DNA of 64,000 nucleotides. Source: a virus. Taxonomy: Duplodnaviria > Heunggongvirae > Uroviricota > Caudoviricetes. The stretch lies in the IMG/VR virus record IMGVR_UViG_3300020042_002824; one strand, given 5' to 3'. Numbering within the stretch: the stretch's first letter is position 1; every line of letters begins with the position of its first letter. The notes beneath the pieces are model-generated. The model ran no database searches. It saw only the letters and a list, made by a program, of their open reading frames with translations, and had not been told where the DNA came from. Positions 37,144-48,000 of this stretch are shown in pieces. Position numbers and translations under genes: made by a program.

Positions 37144-38304
37144 ATGGCAGATTTTTCCCTAACCACGCTCTTTGTTGTACCAGTAGGCAATACTTTACCT
37201 AGCTCTGGCTCAACACAAGATTTAACAGCTGGTCAATTTGGATTGTTTCGTAGTGATTACACAGTGGCTAACGCTGGTAACATTGCAGCATCCCCCTATT
37301 TTTATGCAGCTCAAGGTAGAGTAAACACTTATTTACAAGGATCTAAGCGTTCAGATAAAATTTCTGGATGCCCTTCAGGTTCTTCTTGCAAATCTAACGT
37401 AACAGAATGGTACAAAGTTACAGGATGTGCTACAGTAGCTAACCAAGTAACTGAAGTTGGTGATTGGACAGTAAAATGTGGTGAGATCGTAACATTAACG
37501 TTACGTGGTCACTCTTCTTACGTTGACACCTTATACTTCAATGGTTTCACTCGTAGTGTAACTGTACAAGCTCCATGTTGTGATTGTGGTGGTGATCCTT
37601 GCACTGACGTAGACGTTCCTGCATTAATTGATCAATTTATCATCAAGTTGACACAACAAGCTCCTGGTGATAACCCAGACAACATTAGCTTTAACACTTT
37701 CTATCAATTCCAAAGAGTTGGTAACAATGCTAGTGCTAAATTAGTTATCTCTGGTAAGCCTTTAACTCAGTATGGTCAACCATGTGACGTTGCTGCATTC
37801 CCTTGGGAGTATGACAGATTTTACTTCCGCACATTTGTGTATTCTGGTCCTGCAACTACTGCTGACTTTATTGTGGCTGACAGATGTAACTTTGTTGCTG
37901 AACCTGTTATCACTCAACGCTCTAGCTACCCTCTAGGTACTTCTGCAGAAATTCAACAATTAGAAAAGAATTTCTATAGCTACCAAGCTGGTTACTTAAA
38001 GCATCTTTACAGAATGGCTGGTTATAATGAAAACTTTGAAAGTTGGGTAACAGATGGTACTACCTATGATACCTACTACATCAAGTTTAATGAGTATGAC
38101 AAGTCAGCTTATCAATGGGGTGATTACATTATGGAAGATAGCACTGTAATTATAGCTAGTCCTCAGAGCTTAAGTGCTGCAATTGAAGCTATATTAGAAG
38201 CTGCTTTAGGAACTGTTGCTAGTGATAACGCTTGTATTACAACAACGTCTACCACTACAACTGTATGGCCTAGTACTTCAACAACAACTACTTTAATTCC
38301 TTAA
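37144..38304 (+). CDS. abundant structural protein (386 aa) with Cys cluster and C-terminal poly-Thr/Ser tail
   Basis: Codon usage like the capsid gene (cgt/ggt-rich). CCDCGGDPCTD. Ends TTTSTTTTVWPSTSTTTTLIP. Followed by a terminator. Confidence 0.5.
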   Translation: MADFSLTTLFVVPVGNTLPSSGSTQDLTAGQFGLFRSDYTVANAGNIAASPYFYAAQGRVNTYLQGSKRSDKISGCPSGSSCKSNVTEWYKVTGCATVANQVTEVGDWTVKCGEIVTLTLRGHSSYVDTLYFNGFTRSVTVQAPCCDCGGDPCTDVDVPALIDQFIIKLTQQAPGDNPDNISFNTFYQFQRVGNNASAKLVISGKPLTQYGQPCDVAAFPWEYDRFYFRTFVYSGPATTADFIVADRCNFVAEPVITQRSSYPLGTSAEIQQLEKNFYSYQAGYLKHLYRMAGYNENFESWVTDGTTYDTYYIKFNEYDKSAYQWGDYIMEDSTVIIASPQSLSAAIEAILEAALGTVASDNACITTTSTTTTVWPSTSTTTTLIP

Positions 38305-38332
38305 TAGTAAGGTAGTTATCATATTAACCTAT

Positions 38333-38380
38333 GCCAGAGGGTGAGAGGATATTCTCAAATCCTCTGGCATTTTTATTTTA
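38333..38380 (+). terminator. rho-independent terminator (GCCAGAGG ... CCTCTGGC, then ATTTTTATTTT)
   Basis: 8-bp GC-rich stem, 20-nt loop and T-tract, 29 nt after the stop of 37144..38304. Confidence 0.6.
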
Positions 38381-38386
38381 AATAAC

Positions 38387-38944
38387 ATGGTCTTAGATAT
38401 ATTGGTAATACCAACTTACAATACCTTAACACTAGGTATTGCTGACGCTTCAACATATGACACAGATCCTCCTGTTGTGAGCTCTCCTACAATAGAAATA
38501 ACAGTACCCAATTTTGGAGTGGTATCTTTACCATTTGTTCCAAATGACTTTAATATATTCAATTCTACATCTTTAGGACTTAGCCCTGTAGGTGCCCCAT
38601 TAATTCCTCTACCAGATGGTATATACTATCTAAGGTATACAGTGGCACCTGCTATTACATATCATGTAGAAAAAAACATTATGCGTACTGAGCTTATACA
38701 AGAGAAGTTTGATAATGCTTTTATGAAACTTGATTTAATGGAATGTGACCTTGCTATCAAAACACAATCAAAAGTGGCATTGACTAGTATCTATTATATG
38801 ATATCAGGTTCAATAGCTGCTGCAAACAACTGTGCTATAGACACTGCTAACAAGCTTTATATACAGGCAGACAATATGTTAAACAATTTTATTAGGAGCA
38901 ACTGTGGTTGTTCTGGAAATAATTACATTATTAACTTTTATTAA
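38387..38944 (+). CDS. structural-module protein (185 aa)
   Basis: ORF. Confidence 0.5.
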   Translation: MVLDILVIPTYNTLTLGIADASTYDTDPPVVSSPTIEITVPNFGVVSLPFVPNDFNIFNSTSLGLSPVGAPLIPLPDGIYYLRYTVAPAITYHVEKNIMRTELIQEKFDNAFMKLDLMECDLAIKTQSKVALTSIYYMISGSIAAANNCAIDTANKLYIQADNMLNNFIRSNCGCSGNNYIINFY

Positions 38945-38945
38945 T

Positions 38946-39080
38946 ATGGCAAACTGTAGAAACTGTGGAGCTAAATTTGGTTGTGGATGTCAATTGATTA
39001 ATGGCTTGTGCTCAGCATGCAATGCTGCTGTTAAACAAGCTACAAACCTTATTAAATATGTTGCAGCCAAGATTAACTAA
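38946..39080 (+). CDS. unannotated 44-aa Cys-rich (zinc-ribbon-like) small protein
   Basis: ATG 1 nt after the upstream stop: MANCRNCGAKFGCGCQLINGLCSACNAAVKQATNLIKYVAAKIN. Not in the ORF track (under 60 aa). Overlaps the 5' part of track ORF 39001..39324 in another frame. Confidence 0.35.
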   Translation: MANCRNCGAKFGCGCQLINGLCSACNAAVKQATNLIKYVAAKIN

Positions 39081-39324
39081 CTGTATAGAATGTGCAAGCA
39101 TCCCTGTCTTGCTTCAAGATATTGACTATAAGCTAACTGAGTTAGCTAGGATTCAATATAACAATATCATATTCTCTATGAACTATAGCCTTGCGTGTAG
39201 TCCAATTGGTGAGTTGTTGAATTACAAAAGAATACTAACATACAAGTATTGTAATCCAGACTATGCCAGCCACTTCTCTGTACAAAGAATAGCCAGTAGA
39301 GTTAAAATTTTAATTCATAAATAA
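39058..39324 (+). CDS. hypothetical protein (88 aa if started at internal Met; track ORF 39001..39324)
   Basis: Track ORF trimmed to MLQPRLTNCIECAS so that it overlaps the small Cys-rich ORF by only 23 nt. Uncertain which reading is real. Confidence 0.35.
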   Translation: MLQPRLTNCIECASIPVLLQDIDYKLTELARIQYNNIIFSMNYSLACSPIGELLNYKRILTYKYCNPDYASHFSVQRIASRVKILIHK

Positions 39325-39332
39325 ATTATAAA

Positions 39333-40532
39333 ATGCCAGAAGATACAACCACTTCTACTACTACAAGTACCACTTCTACTACTACAAGTACCACTTCTAC
39401 TACTACAACAATAAGACCTTGTGATGCTTGTTATAATGGATGTGTAGATATCACAGCAGATGCTTGTGTAAGATACACAGGTATTGGCTCTGAAGCATTG
39501 GGTATTACAACAGGAGACTCATTGCTCACTGTAGAGAATATATTAATTGATACTGTTGTTTCTTTCTTAGATGGAACAGGTATTGACATAACTATTAATC
39601 CTGCTTATTATTGTACACTTGTAAGTCAATACTTACCAGTAGGAACACCTAACTTAGTTGAGGTGTTGTCTGCTTTGGTAAGAGCTGCTTGTGATTTACA
39701 AGTACAAGTTGATGCTGTAGAAGCTGAACTTGCTATATTGAATGCTAATTATGATGTAGACTGTTTAACTGGTGTAACAGACTCTAGTGATACACATGCT
39801 GTATTACAAGCTGTTATAACAAAGCTTTGCATAGTTGAAGCTAACTTGGCTGCTCTTACTTTAGACTTAGATACAAACTACGTTAAGCTTGCAGACCTAG
39901 ATGCTTTGATTGCTGCTTATTTAGCTAGTCAAGCAGGTGGTTCTACCCAACAGTCTTCAAAGATGGTTCCTTTTGTAGCATATGAATATTATGGGTCATT
40001 AACTGACTTTGATGGAACAGGTGCTGGTATTCCAGCAAATGGCTTCAACAAGGTGTATCTATGCAATGGTTTAAATGGCACTCCTGATAAAAGAGGACGT
40101 GTTGCTGTAGGAGCTATTGCTAGTGTACCTCCTGTAGGGATTGGTCTTGATCCTGCAGTTAACCCTGCTTTTGCTGGCAACCCTAACTATGCCTTATCTG
40201 GTACAGCAGGAGCAAATACAATAGTGCTTATTCCTTCACAACTGCCAGCCCACTCACACAATGCTTTAGGTACAGCAACTGTTACATTGAATGACCCTGG
40301 TCATAGTCACTATCTTGGCAATTCGCCAGAAGGTTGGGATAGTGCTGGTAACATTGGTATTGTAAACAGAAGCCCTTTTAATGTTCAAACAACAACAGCT
40401 ACCACTGGAATTACAGTGACTTCCAATGCTCCTAATAATGTGGCTATAACAGTTGACACTACAGGTAATGATGGAGCTCATTTAAACATACAACCTGTAA
40501 TTGCTGCATATTATATAATGTACATCCCTTAA
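39333..40532 (+). CDS. tail fibre / receptor-binding-like protein with N-terminal poly-Thr/Ser tract
   Basis: Starts MPEDTTTSTTTSTTSTTTSTTSTTTTIRPCDACYNGC. Gly/Asn/Thr-rich C-terminal half. Confidence 0.5.
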   Translation: MPEDTTTSTTTSTTSTTTSTTSTTTTIRPCDACYNGCVDITADACVRYTGIGSEALGITTGDSLLTVENILIDTVVSFLDGTGIDITINPAYYCTLVSQYLPVGTPNLVEVLSALVRAACDLQVQVDAVEAELAILNANYDVDCLTGVTDSSDTHAVLQAVITKLCIVEANLAALTLDLDTNYVKLADLDALIAAYLASQAGGSTQQSSKMVPFVAYEYYGSLTDFDGTGAGIPANGFNKVYLCNGLNGTPDKRGRVAVGAIASVPPVGIGLDPAVNPAFAGNPNYALSGTAGANTIVLIPSQLPAHSHNALGTATVTLNDPGHSHYLGNSPEGWDSAGNIGIVNRSPFNVQTTTATTGITVTSNAPNNVAITVDTTGNDGAHLNIQPVIAAYYIMYIP

Positions 40533-40543
40533 TAGAAAAAATA

Positions 40544-40807
40544 ATGGTTAATATTTATAATCCATGTTATACCCCAGAAGGACAAACTGCAGGTCCTGTA
40601 TATTGTATTGGTACAAACAATATAAAATACACAGGCCCTAATCTTCCTAATACAGGTATAGACACAAATGATAACTTAACAGTGGCTCTCCAAAAGATAG
40701 ACGCTGATTTAGATCCAACACTATTAGCCCAAACAATCTTAACTGCTATTGGAAATAGTGTACAATTACAAACTGCTCTTTGTAATTTATTGAGTCAGTG
40801 TCCATAA
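40544..40807 (+). CDS. hypothetical structural-module protein (87 aa)
   Basis: ORF. Confidence 0.45.
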   Translation: MVNIYNPCYTPEGQTAGPVYCIGTNNIKYTGPNLPNTGIDTNDNLTVALQKIDADLDPTLLAQTILTAIGNSVQLQTALCNLLSQCP

Positions 40808-40829
40808 CCAATTAAAATCAATTTAAAAA

Positions 40830-41378
40830 ATGACAGTCTTAGTAACATTAACCCTAGCTGGGGCAGATACAGGCCCATTTGACATCTATTCAGATGCAGA
40901 TGGATACACTACACCCTTAGCTTCTGGTATATCAAAAGCAGCATTACAAGCAGGATACACCCTAACAGGTGTACCTAATGGAGCTACTATTATTAGAGTG
41001 ACCTCTTTATCAACATGCACCAACTCTGTTAACATGCTTATTTCTGGAGGAACCACCACAACAACTACATCTACCACATCTACTAGTACTAGTACAACAA
41101 CTACAACTACTACTGTAGCAGGACCTGTGGAATATACAATTGATAACTCAGCTACAGGTAGTTCTGCTAGTGCTTGTAGTGGTTCAACTACAACAAGTCT
41201 TGTTTATGCTTTACCTGGATATACTGTTCCTATTGTAACAATGATTTTCTATGATAGTCCAAGTTTGACAACACCATTTGTTGGTTCATCAGGATGGAGA
41301 AAATTAACCAGAAGTGGTACTGATTATGCAGTGGAAGTAGATGTTAACGGAGAACTTACAAACTATGTAAGCTGTTAA
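40830..41378 (+). CDS. tail-associated protein with internal poly-Thr/Ser linker; N-domain paralogous to 50007..50873
   Basis: TTTTTTSTTSTSTSTTTTTTTV linker. N-terminal ~70 aa homologous to the product of 50007..50873. Followed by a terminator. Confidence 0.5.
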   Translation: MTVLVTLTLAGADTGPFDIYSDADGYTTPLASGISKAALQAGYTLTGVPNGATIIRVTSLSTCTNSVNMLISGGTTTTTTSTTSTSTSTTTTTTTVAGPVEYTIDNSATGSSASACSGSTTTSLVYALPGYTVPIVTMIFYDSPSLTTPFVGSSGWRKLTRSGTDYAVEVDVNGELTNYVSC

Positions 41379-41429
41379 TAGATAAACACTTAATATATCA
41401 AAAACCCTGTTTGTTGGTTTACAGAGTAT

Positions 41430-41463
41430 CCCCTGGCCTTTCTAGGCTGGGGGTTTTTGTTTT
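41430..41463 (+). terminator. rho-independent terminator (CCCCTGGCC tttcta GGCTGGGGG, then TTTTTGTTTT)
   Basis: 9-bp stem (two G-T wobbles) and T-tract, 50 nt after the stop of 40830..41378. An AT-rich promoter-like spacer follows before 41573. Confidence 0.6.
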
Positions 41464-41572
41464 AACTCTAACAAAAAAAGTTATTCTATATAATTAAATT
41501 AGTTAGTAAATTTTTGGGTATATCAGAAATAGTTCCTATCTTTACGCTAATTTTAATTAAACTTAGCTACAT

Positions 41573-42823
41573 ATGCCTGAAAACCAACCCTTACTACAAC
41601 AGTTAGAAGATATTCTACATTGGAAAAAGAGCAAGAAGTTCTACGCTGATAAGCTTGGAATTACAGAATTAGAAGTTGATGATTTACTAAAAGAACTAAG
41701 AAGTGAAGAGATAGCTCAAGAAAGTGCAGAGATTGGAAACTATATAACAGACTTAGAAGATAGGGTTGTTAAGTTTACAGAAGACCTTGTAAAGGGCACA
41801 GGAGAGGTGGTTGCTAATTTTAGCGAAGAAGTAAAGAGCTTAGATGAGTTAATTGATAAGTGTAAGATAGATACAGAGAAATGGGAAATAACTAAATATG
41901 TACAGAACTTCTGGGGGAATGGTGGAAATCCTCATTGGCAAGTCAAAGCATGGTTAGGAAAGAAGTCTACAGAGCAAGTTTTTCAAGATAGTTTTGTAGA
42001 CTTTTTAGCTTCATATCAGCCTGTTAGTCAGGAAGTTATGGGTCCTAAGTTTGTAGATGGTAAGACTAACGCTATGTTAGTTATCAATAAACAAGACTCT
42101 CATTTAAACAAATATGACATAGATGGTGATAATAGTATATTAGACAGACTTTCTACTATTATGTACAAGGTGGAGGTGATTGCTAACCAAGCACAGCTCT
42201 CAAATAACTTGGAGCAAATTACATACATTATTGGTTCTGATGAGTTCAATAGTGAATATACCAATGCAACTACAAAAGGAACTCCTCAACAGAATACACA
42301 TACATATCATAATTCTTTTGAGTTTATCTGTGACCATGAAGTGTTAATGATTACAATGTTATTACAATATGCAGAGCGTGTGAACGTTGTGTACGTAGCT
42401 GGTAATCATGATGAGTTTGTAGGATGGCATATGGTTAATTGGTTACAAACATATTTTAGAAACACAGAAAGATTAACCTTTGATTGTTCTCCTAAGTATA
42501 GAAAGTATATCAGTTATGGAGAATCAGCATTAATGTTTAATCATGGAGATGCTATTAAGCCTGCTAAGTTAGCAGCTTTGTTTCCAATAGAATTTAGAGA
42601 AACATGGTCTTTCCATAACAACTTCTACATATTCACAGGAGACAAACACCATGAAGTAAGTCAAGATTTCAATGGTATTAAATTTTACCAAATTCCAGCG
42701 TTCTCTAACGCAAAGAGTCTTTGGGATGATAAGATGGGTCACACAATGTCTAAAGCTGAAGTGACTGGATTCTTAATAGACCAATACTCAGGAATGACAA
42801 ATATATTCAAACAGTATTTATAA
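41573..42823 (+). CDS. hypothetical protein (416 aa) with metallophosphoesterase-like motifs
   Basis: VVYVAGNHDEF, IIGSDEF and FTGDKHHEV resemble calcineurin-like phosphoesterase motifs III, II and VI. Weak. Confidence 0.45.
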   Translation: MPENQPLLQQLEDILHWKKSKKFYADKLGITELEVDDLLKELRSEEIAQESAEIGNYITDLEDRVVKFTEDLVKGTGEVVANFSEEVKSLDELIDKCKIDTEKWEITKYVQNFWGNGGNPHWQVKAWLGKKSTEQVFQDSFVDFLASYQPVSQEVMGPKFVDGKTNAMLVINKQDSHLNKYDIDGDNSILDRLSTIMYKVEVIANQAQLSNNLEQITYIIGSDEFNSEYTNATTKGTPQQNTHTYHNSFEFICDHEVLMITMLLQYAERVNVVYVAGNHDEFVGWHMVNWLQTYFRNTERLTFDCSPKYRKYISYGESALMFNHGDAIKPAKLAALFPIEFRETWSFHNNFYIFTGDKHHEVSQDFNGIKFYQIPAFSNAKSLWDDKMGHTMSKAEVTGFLIDQYSGMTNIFKQYL

Positions 42824-43557
42824 TGGCAACATTAAGGAAATTAGTTTCAGATGTACGTGGAATGCACAAGTTGCTATCCACAGATAACCTTATCACTGAT
42901 AGGGTGGTAGCATCTGAGATTAAAAACAACACACAGTTATTAGTAAAACGTGAAACAAATCTTAGAAAGCTTTGGGCCACTGATACTTTATTTACTACCA
43001 TTCCTTGTTTAGAGATGGTAGAGGTTCCTATTTCTGAATGTTGTGAATTTGTAGATCCATGCAATGTAGCAAGAAGCAGATATAAACTTCCTCGCATATC
43101 TGAAGGAAACTATCAATATGTAATTCAGGGTGTATATTCTATCAATGCTATGGGTGGTCAAGGTAAAAGATTTAAAGAGATTACAATCAATAGGTATTTA
43201 AACTTATTGAAACTTCCCATTATAAAGAATGAACAATACTATTGGATAGCTAATGGTGGCTATTTATATATCAACAATCCATTATTAAAGGCAACAAGAA
43301 TATCTGCTTTCTTTGAAGAAGATGTACCTAATGAAATAATGTTTCCTGAATGTGGCTGTGGCAGTATAATATATCCTGTAGAAGAAATCTGTATGAATCC
43401 TTTAGATAAGGAATATGGATGTCCTGGATATTTAGAGAAGCAAGTATTAGAGCTCACTTCTCAAAAGTTGTTATCTACTTACTTCAGACTTAAAACAGAT
43501 ATATCTGACGATGGTGCAGATGGACAGGCACCAAATGCTGTAAAACCAAGCAACTAA
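42823..43557 (+). CDS. structural-module protein (244 aa)
   Basis: ORF with a 1-nt overlap to the upstream gene. Confidence 0.5.
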   Translation: MATLRKLVSDVRGMHKLLSTDNLITDRVVASEIKNNTQLLVKRETNLRKLWATDTLFTTIPCLEMVEVPISECCEFVDPCNVARSRYKLPRISEGNYQYVIQGVYSINAMGGQGKRFKEITINRYLNLLKLPIIKNEQYYWIANGGYLYINNPLLKATRISAFFEEDVPNEIMFPECGCGSIIYPVEEICMNPLDKEYGCPGYLEKQVLELTSQKLLSTYFRLKTDISDDGADGQAPNAVKPSN

Positions 43558-44033
43558 TGCGTACAAAGATAGATTGGAGAAGTTCTAGTAAAGAAAACTA
43601 CAATAATTTTTGCAATAAGAATCCCACTATAAGAATTACATTTGACCAGTGGAAGAACATTATATATTCATATAATGAGTATTTTAAAAACTACATTCTA
43701 GAAACAGGAGAGAAAGCAAGACTTCCTTTTGGATTTGGTGAGTTCTCTATCAATAAAAAGAAGAGAAAGAAACTAAAAACTGTTGATGGTAAAGTAGTGG
43801 TTAACTTACCCATAGATTGGAAAAAGACTAAAGAGAAAGGTAAACACATATATAATTTCAACTATCATACAGAAGGGTTTTTCTTTGGTTGGATGTGGTT
43901 TAAAGAATCTACAAGAATAAGAAACATAGACCTTTGGTATTTCAAGCCTTCTCGTACAACATCTAGATTACTATCCCATTACATAAAAACTGACAATAAA
44001 TACCAAAATATTTATTGTGAGTGGAAAAAATAA
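43557..44033 (+). CDS. basic protein (158 aa)
   Basis: ORF; Lys/Arg/Trp-rich. Confidence 0.5.
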   Translation: MRTKIDWRSSSKENYNNFCNKNPTIRITFDQWKNIIYSYNEYFKNYILETGEKARLPFGFGEFSINKKKRKKLKTVDGKVVVNLPIDWKKTKEKGKHIYNFNYHTEGFFFGWMWFKESTRIRNIDLWYFKPSRTTSRLLSHYIKTDNKYQNIYCEWKK

Positions 44034-44039
44034 AACAAC

Positions 44040-45026
44040 ATGTCATATTATTACAAGTATAACTTTGTCTCTCCTGATCCAGTTTATTCAACTGTTAAGG
44101 AAGAGTTAAAGTCTTATTTTGACACAGGAGCAGTTGATGATTTATTGTTCCCCACCTACTTAGACAAATGTCTTAAGAAGTTAGGTAGGGCAACTTATGT
44201 TATTAGTGAAGAGGTGTTATATGTAGAAGACTTTGAAGCTAGACTCCCAGATAACTTTTACGCTGTAAGAGAAGCTTGGATGTGTACAACAGTTGCTGGC
44301 TATCCATATCAAACAGCCAATTCATTCTACTCTCAAGCAGTTTCACAAACCACAATACAGGTAACTCCTGTAACAGTGGGTGGTACTCCTTGTGTTGATT
44401 GTCAACATGACAATGCTTGTGTCAATCCTGAATGTGATGGTAGTTGTTTACCTGTAGTTATTCCTGCTGTATACAAAACAAATCAACAAGGAACCAGAGC
44501 ATACTCACATGAGTATTTACTCAAACCAGGTAATATATCTGCTAGACAGAATTGTGACGTAACGTATACAAATGCTTGGGAGTTTTATCAAACTGCTCCT
44601 CCTATTAGAGAGTTCACTCCAGGATCTGCTGGTTATGATAGCTTTGATATTAGAGATAATAAGTTTGTTACCAACTTCAGAAATGGAATAGTGCATTTGA
44701 TATTCTATGCTACAGAGTATGATTGTGTTGGTAATCAAATGATTCCAGACAACTATCGTATTAGAGAGTTTGTTGAGGCATTCCTTAAATATAAAGTGTT
44801 TGAAACATTGTCTAATCAACTAACTGATGAAACATTCCAACAAATACAACAGAAGCTAATTTACTATAAAGCATTACATGATGAGGCTTTTATAATGGCA
44901 ATGATTGAGATTAAGAAACAGGATGCATGGACTAAGCAAAGACGTGTAAGAAATGACTTACAACGTTTTGCACAATATGAATTACCAAACAGAAGCTCAA
45001 GATATGGACATGGATGGAACAGATAA
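44040..45026 (+). CDS. structural-module protein (328 aa) with Cys cluster
   Basis: GGTPCVDCQHDNACVNPECDGSCLP. Confidence 0.5.
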   Translation: MSYYYKYNFVSPDPVYSTVKEELKSYFDTGAVDDLLFPTYLDKCLKKLGRATYVISEEVLYVEDFEARLPDNFYAVREAWMCTTVAGYPYQTANSFYSQAVSQTTIQVTPVTVGGTPCVDCQHDNACVNPECDGSCLPVVIPAVYKTNQQGTRAYSHEYLLKPGNISARQNCDVTYTNAWEFYQTAPPIREFTPGSAGYDSFDIRDNKFVTNFRNGIVHLIFYATEYDCVGNQMIPDNYRIREFVEAFLKYKVFETLSNQLTDETFQQIQQKLIYYKALHDEAFIMAMIEIKKQDAWTKQRRVRNDLQRFAQYELPNRSSRYGHGWNR

Positions 45027-48000
45027 TCAAGGAACCTCTAGTGTAAGACAAGAATTTAATCTTGGTAGAGTAGGACTAGACATGGACTCTTCTGTAAATC
45101 AAATACAGAAGGGGAAACTTTCTTATGCCCTAAACGCAGCATTAGAGAACTTTGACTCTAATTCTGTAAACTATCAGAACGAACCTTCAAATGAAGCTTG
45201 TTTAGATTTCCCTGAAGGCTACCAACTTATTGGTACACACTTCATCCAAGAGAAAAATAAACATATATTCTTCTTAGCTAATCCTGAAACAGGAGGAAGT
45301 GAGATAGGATATATGAATAACAATGACTGTGTATATCATTTATTGTGTACTCCAATCCCTGATACAGAATTAACAGTTTGTGCAAATTCAACTTGTTTGA
45401 ACTTTGACATCAACTATCCTATTCATAAAGCTGTACATAAGATTACCAACTGTACCACTGAGGTTTACTGGACAGATGGTCTTAATCCAAGAAGATATAT
45501 TAATATTGATTCAATTCCATACATCACCACATTTACAGGTGATCAAAATTGTGATCCAATCATCACTCCTGTCCTTGACTGTAATAAGTTAAAGGTGCAA
45601 CCTAACTTCACAATCCCTAACTTAGATGTTACTGATGTTGTTGTAGGTGGAGATTTAAAAGCAGGAGCTTATCAATTTGCTATTCAATATTGTAATGCAT
45701 CAGGAGATGCATATACATCATACTACTCAATTACTAATCCTGTATCTATTGCAAACACAGAGATAACAACACCTGACTTTCAATACTCTGTAGGAAAGTC
45801 TATTGTGTTGAGTATCAGTGATATAGATATTACAGGATACTTCCAATACTTTAACTTGGCTGTTATTAAAACAATTAATAATGGCACCACTGTAGAACTT
45901 GTAGGAACTTACAATATACAAGATAAGTCTAGAACCATCACTTATACAGGTCAGAACATAACTCAAATTCCTTTGAGTCTTAATGACATACTTGAGAAGT
46001 TTGCTTATTATGATATTGCTCAAGATGTTACAAATGTACAGGATGTTATTGTATGGGATAACCTTACATCTATTGATAGAATTAACTATCAAGGTATTGC
46101 TAATCAAATTCAACTTCAATGGGAGACATATAAGCTACCAGCTAACAATACGTATGCTGATGGCTTCTACACTGCCAATCTTAGAGGTTATTTAAGAGAT
46201 GAGGTATATGCATTTGAGATAGTCTTTTTATTAGACAATGGTAAACAAACAGATGGTTTCCATATTCCTGGTAGAGCATCAACATCTAATGATTTAATTG
46301 TTGTACCAAATACTAACGATGACTTTGTTGGAGAAGGAACTAGTGCTCCTTATTGGAAAATATATAACACAGCTAGTGTAACAGCTACATATCCTGTTCC
46401 TACAACAGATGCTGAAAAGATAGGAGATGCATATCCATACCAATCTGGAGACTTTGCATATTGGGAATCTACAGATACATATCCATGTAATGTGGATGTA
46501 TGGGGAGACCTTGCTGATGAACCAATTAGACATCATAAATTTCCTGATGTACTTGTAAGTCCTCACTTTGAGAGTGCTCCTATTATATATTCTGGTGGAC
46601 AGATACAACCAACAATGCAATCAGCTAGTGCTGTATATCCAATTGGTGTAAAGATAGATGTACAACAAGTAGCATTTCTCATCCAAGCATCTAGTTTAAC
46701 AGCTGCAGAGAAAGCCTCTATTGTTGGATTTAAGATAGTAAGAGGTAATAGAAGTACAAACAAATCTATTATTGCTAAGGGCATCCTTAGAAACGTGGGT
46801 AAATATGATAGAGAAGGAACTCCTTACTACTATCCTAACTACCCTTATAATGATCTTAATGAAGATCCATTTTTACTTGAGAAGAGCAACGCATACAATT
46901 CTCAATGTGACACGTTCAAAGTGACAGCAACTATTAATGGTAATTTTCAATATACAGATTGTAACACTGGACAAACAGCAATTTTTGCTTTTACAACAGC
47001 AACAACTCAGATATGTTCTATTACACTTCCTGTTGTAAATAGTGGAGCTGCTACATTTACAAATGTTACAGCTACAGCTTACACAATCACTGTTCCACTT
47101 GCTTGTGCTGGTGGTCCACCTGCATTTAGCTATACAGATCCTATCACTCAATCTTTAACAAACATCACTGTACAAAAAGGTACTTCAGTTACAGTAAATT
47201 CTTCTACTGTTCCTGTACGTATTAGTGGTTGCACAGGATACACAATAGTTGCTAACAATAACAATAAAAATACTGAATGTTATCCTGCTCAGTTAGATGG
47301 GTTTAACAATAATGAATCACCATACAGACAGGTGTTTAATTCACCAGAAACTTCTTTTGGACAACCTACATTAGGTAATGTTCTTAAGTTGGAGAGTGTA
47401 TTATTTGGAGCTGGTAGAGCTCACTTTGTACAAGTGAAGGAGCACGCAATGTACAAGCTTCTTACTAAACAAGCACAGATAGATGCTTTGAATTCTAGTA
47501 GAGCAATAGCTGATCTAGGTGGATTCAATGCAACTGCTATGTTCACAGCATATCAATCTTACTTACAGATATACATTAATGGAGTTAGTAGAAGAAACTT
47601 TGCATATTCTTTTAATTCTATATCTAGTTATGACTATAGCGAAGATATTCCTAATAATCAAGGAGTTAAACAAAGACAACTTGATAGATCTCAATATGTC
47701 TTCCCAGGTGTGCAATCTGTGGGAGATGATTATGATCTTAATAACTGGAACAGAGAATCATCAGTATATACCAAAAGTATTGAAACAAGAACTGGAGTGG
47801 GACCTGTACCAGCTTTACCATATCCTAATAAAACACCAAATCTTGTTGTAGCAGGTGTAAGTCAAATTAGTGATAATTCTAGATTTACACTTGGAGAATC
47901 AGGAAACTGTGGAACTCCTGAATTTCAACAAGATATAAAGGTTGTTTCATATTATGGTTCAATCAAGACAATTAACAATGGACAGTGGGGACAGATATAT

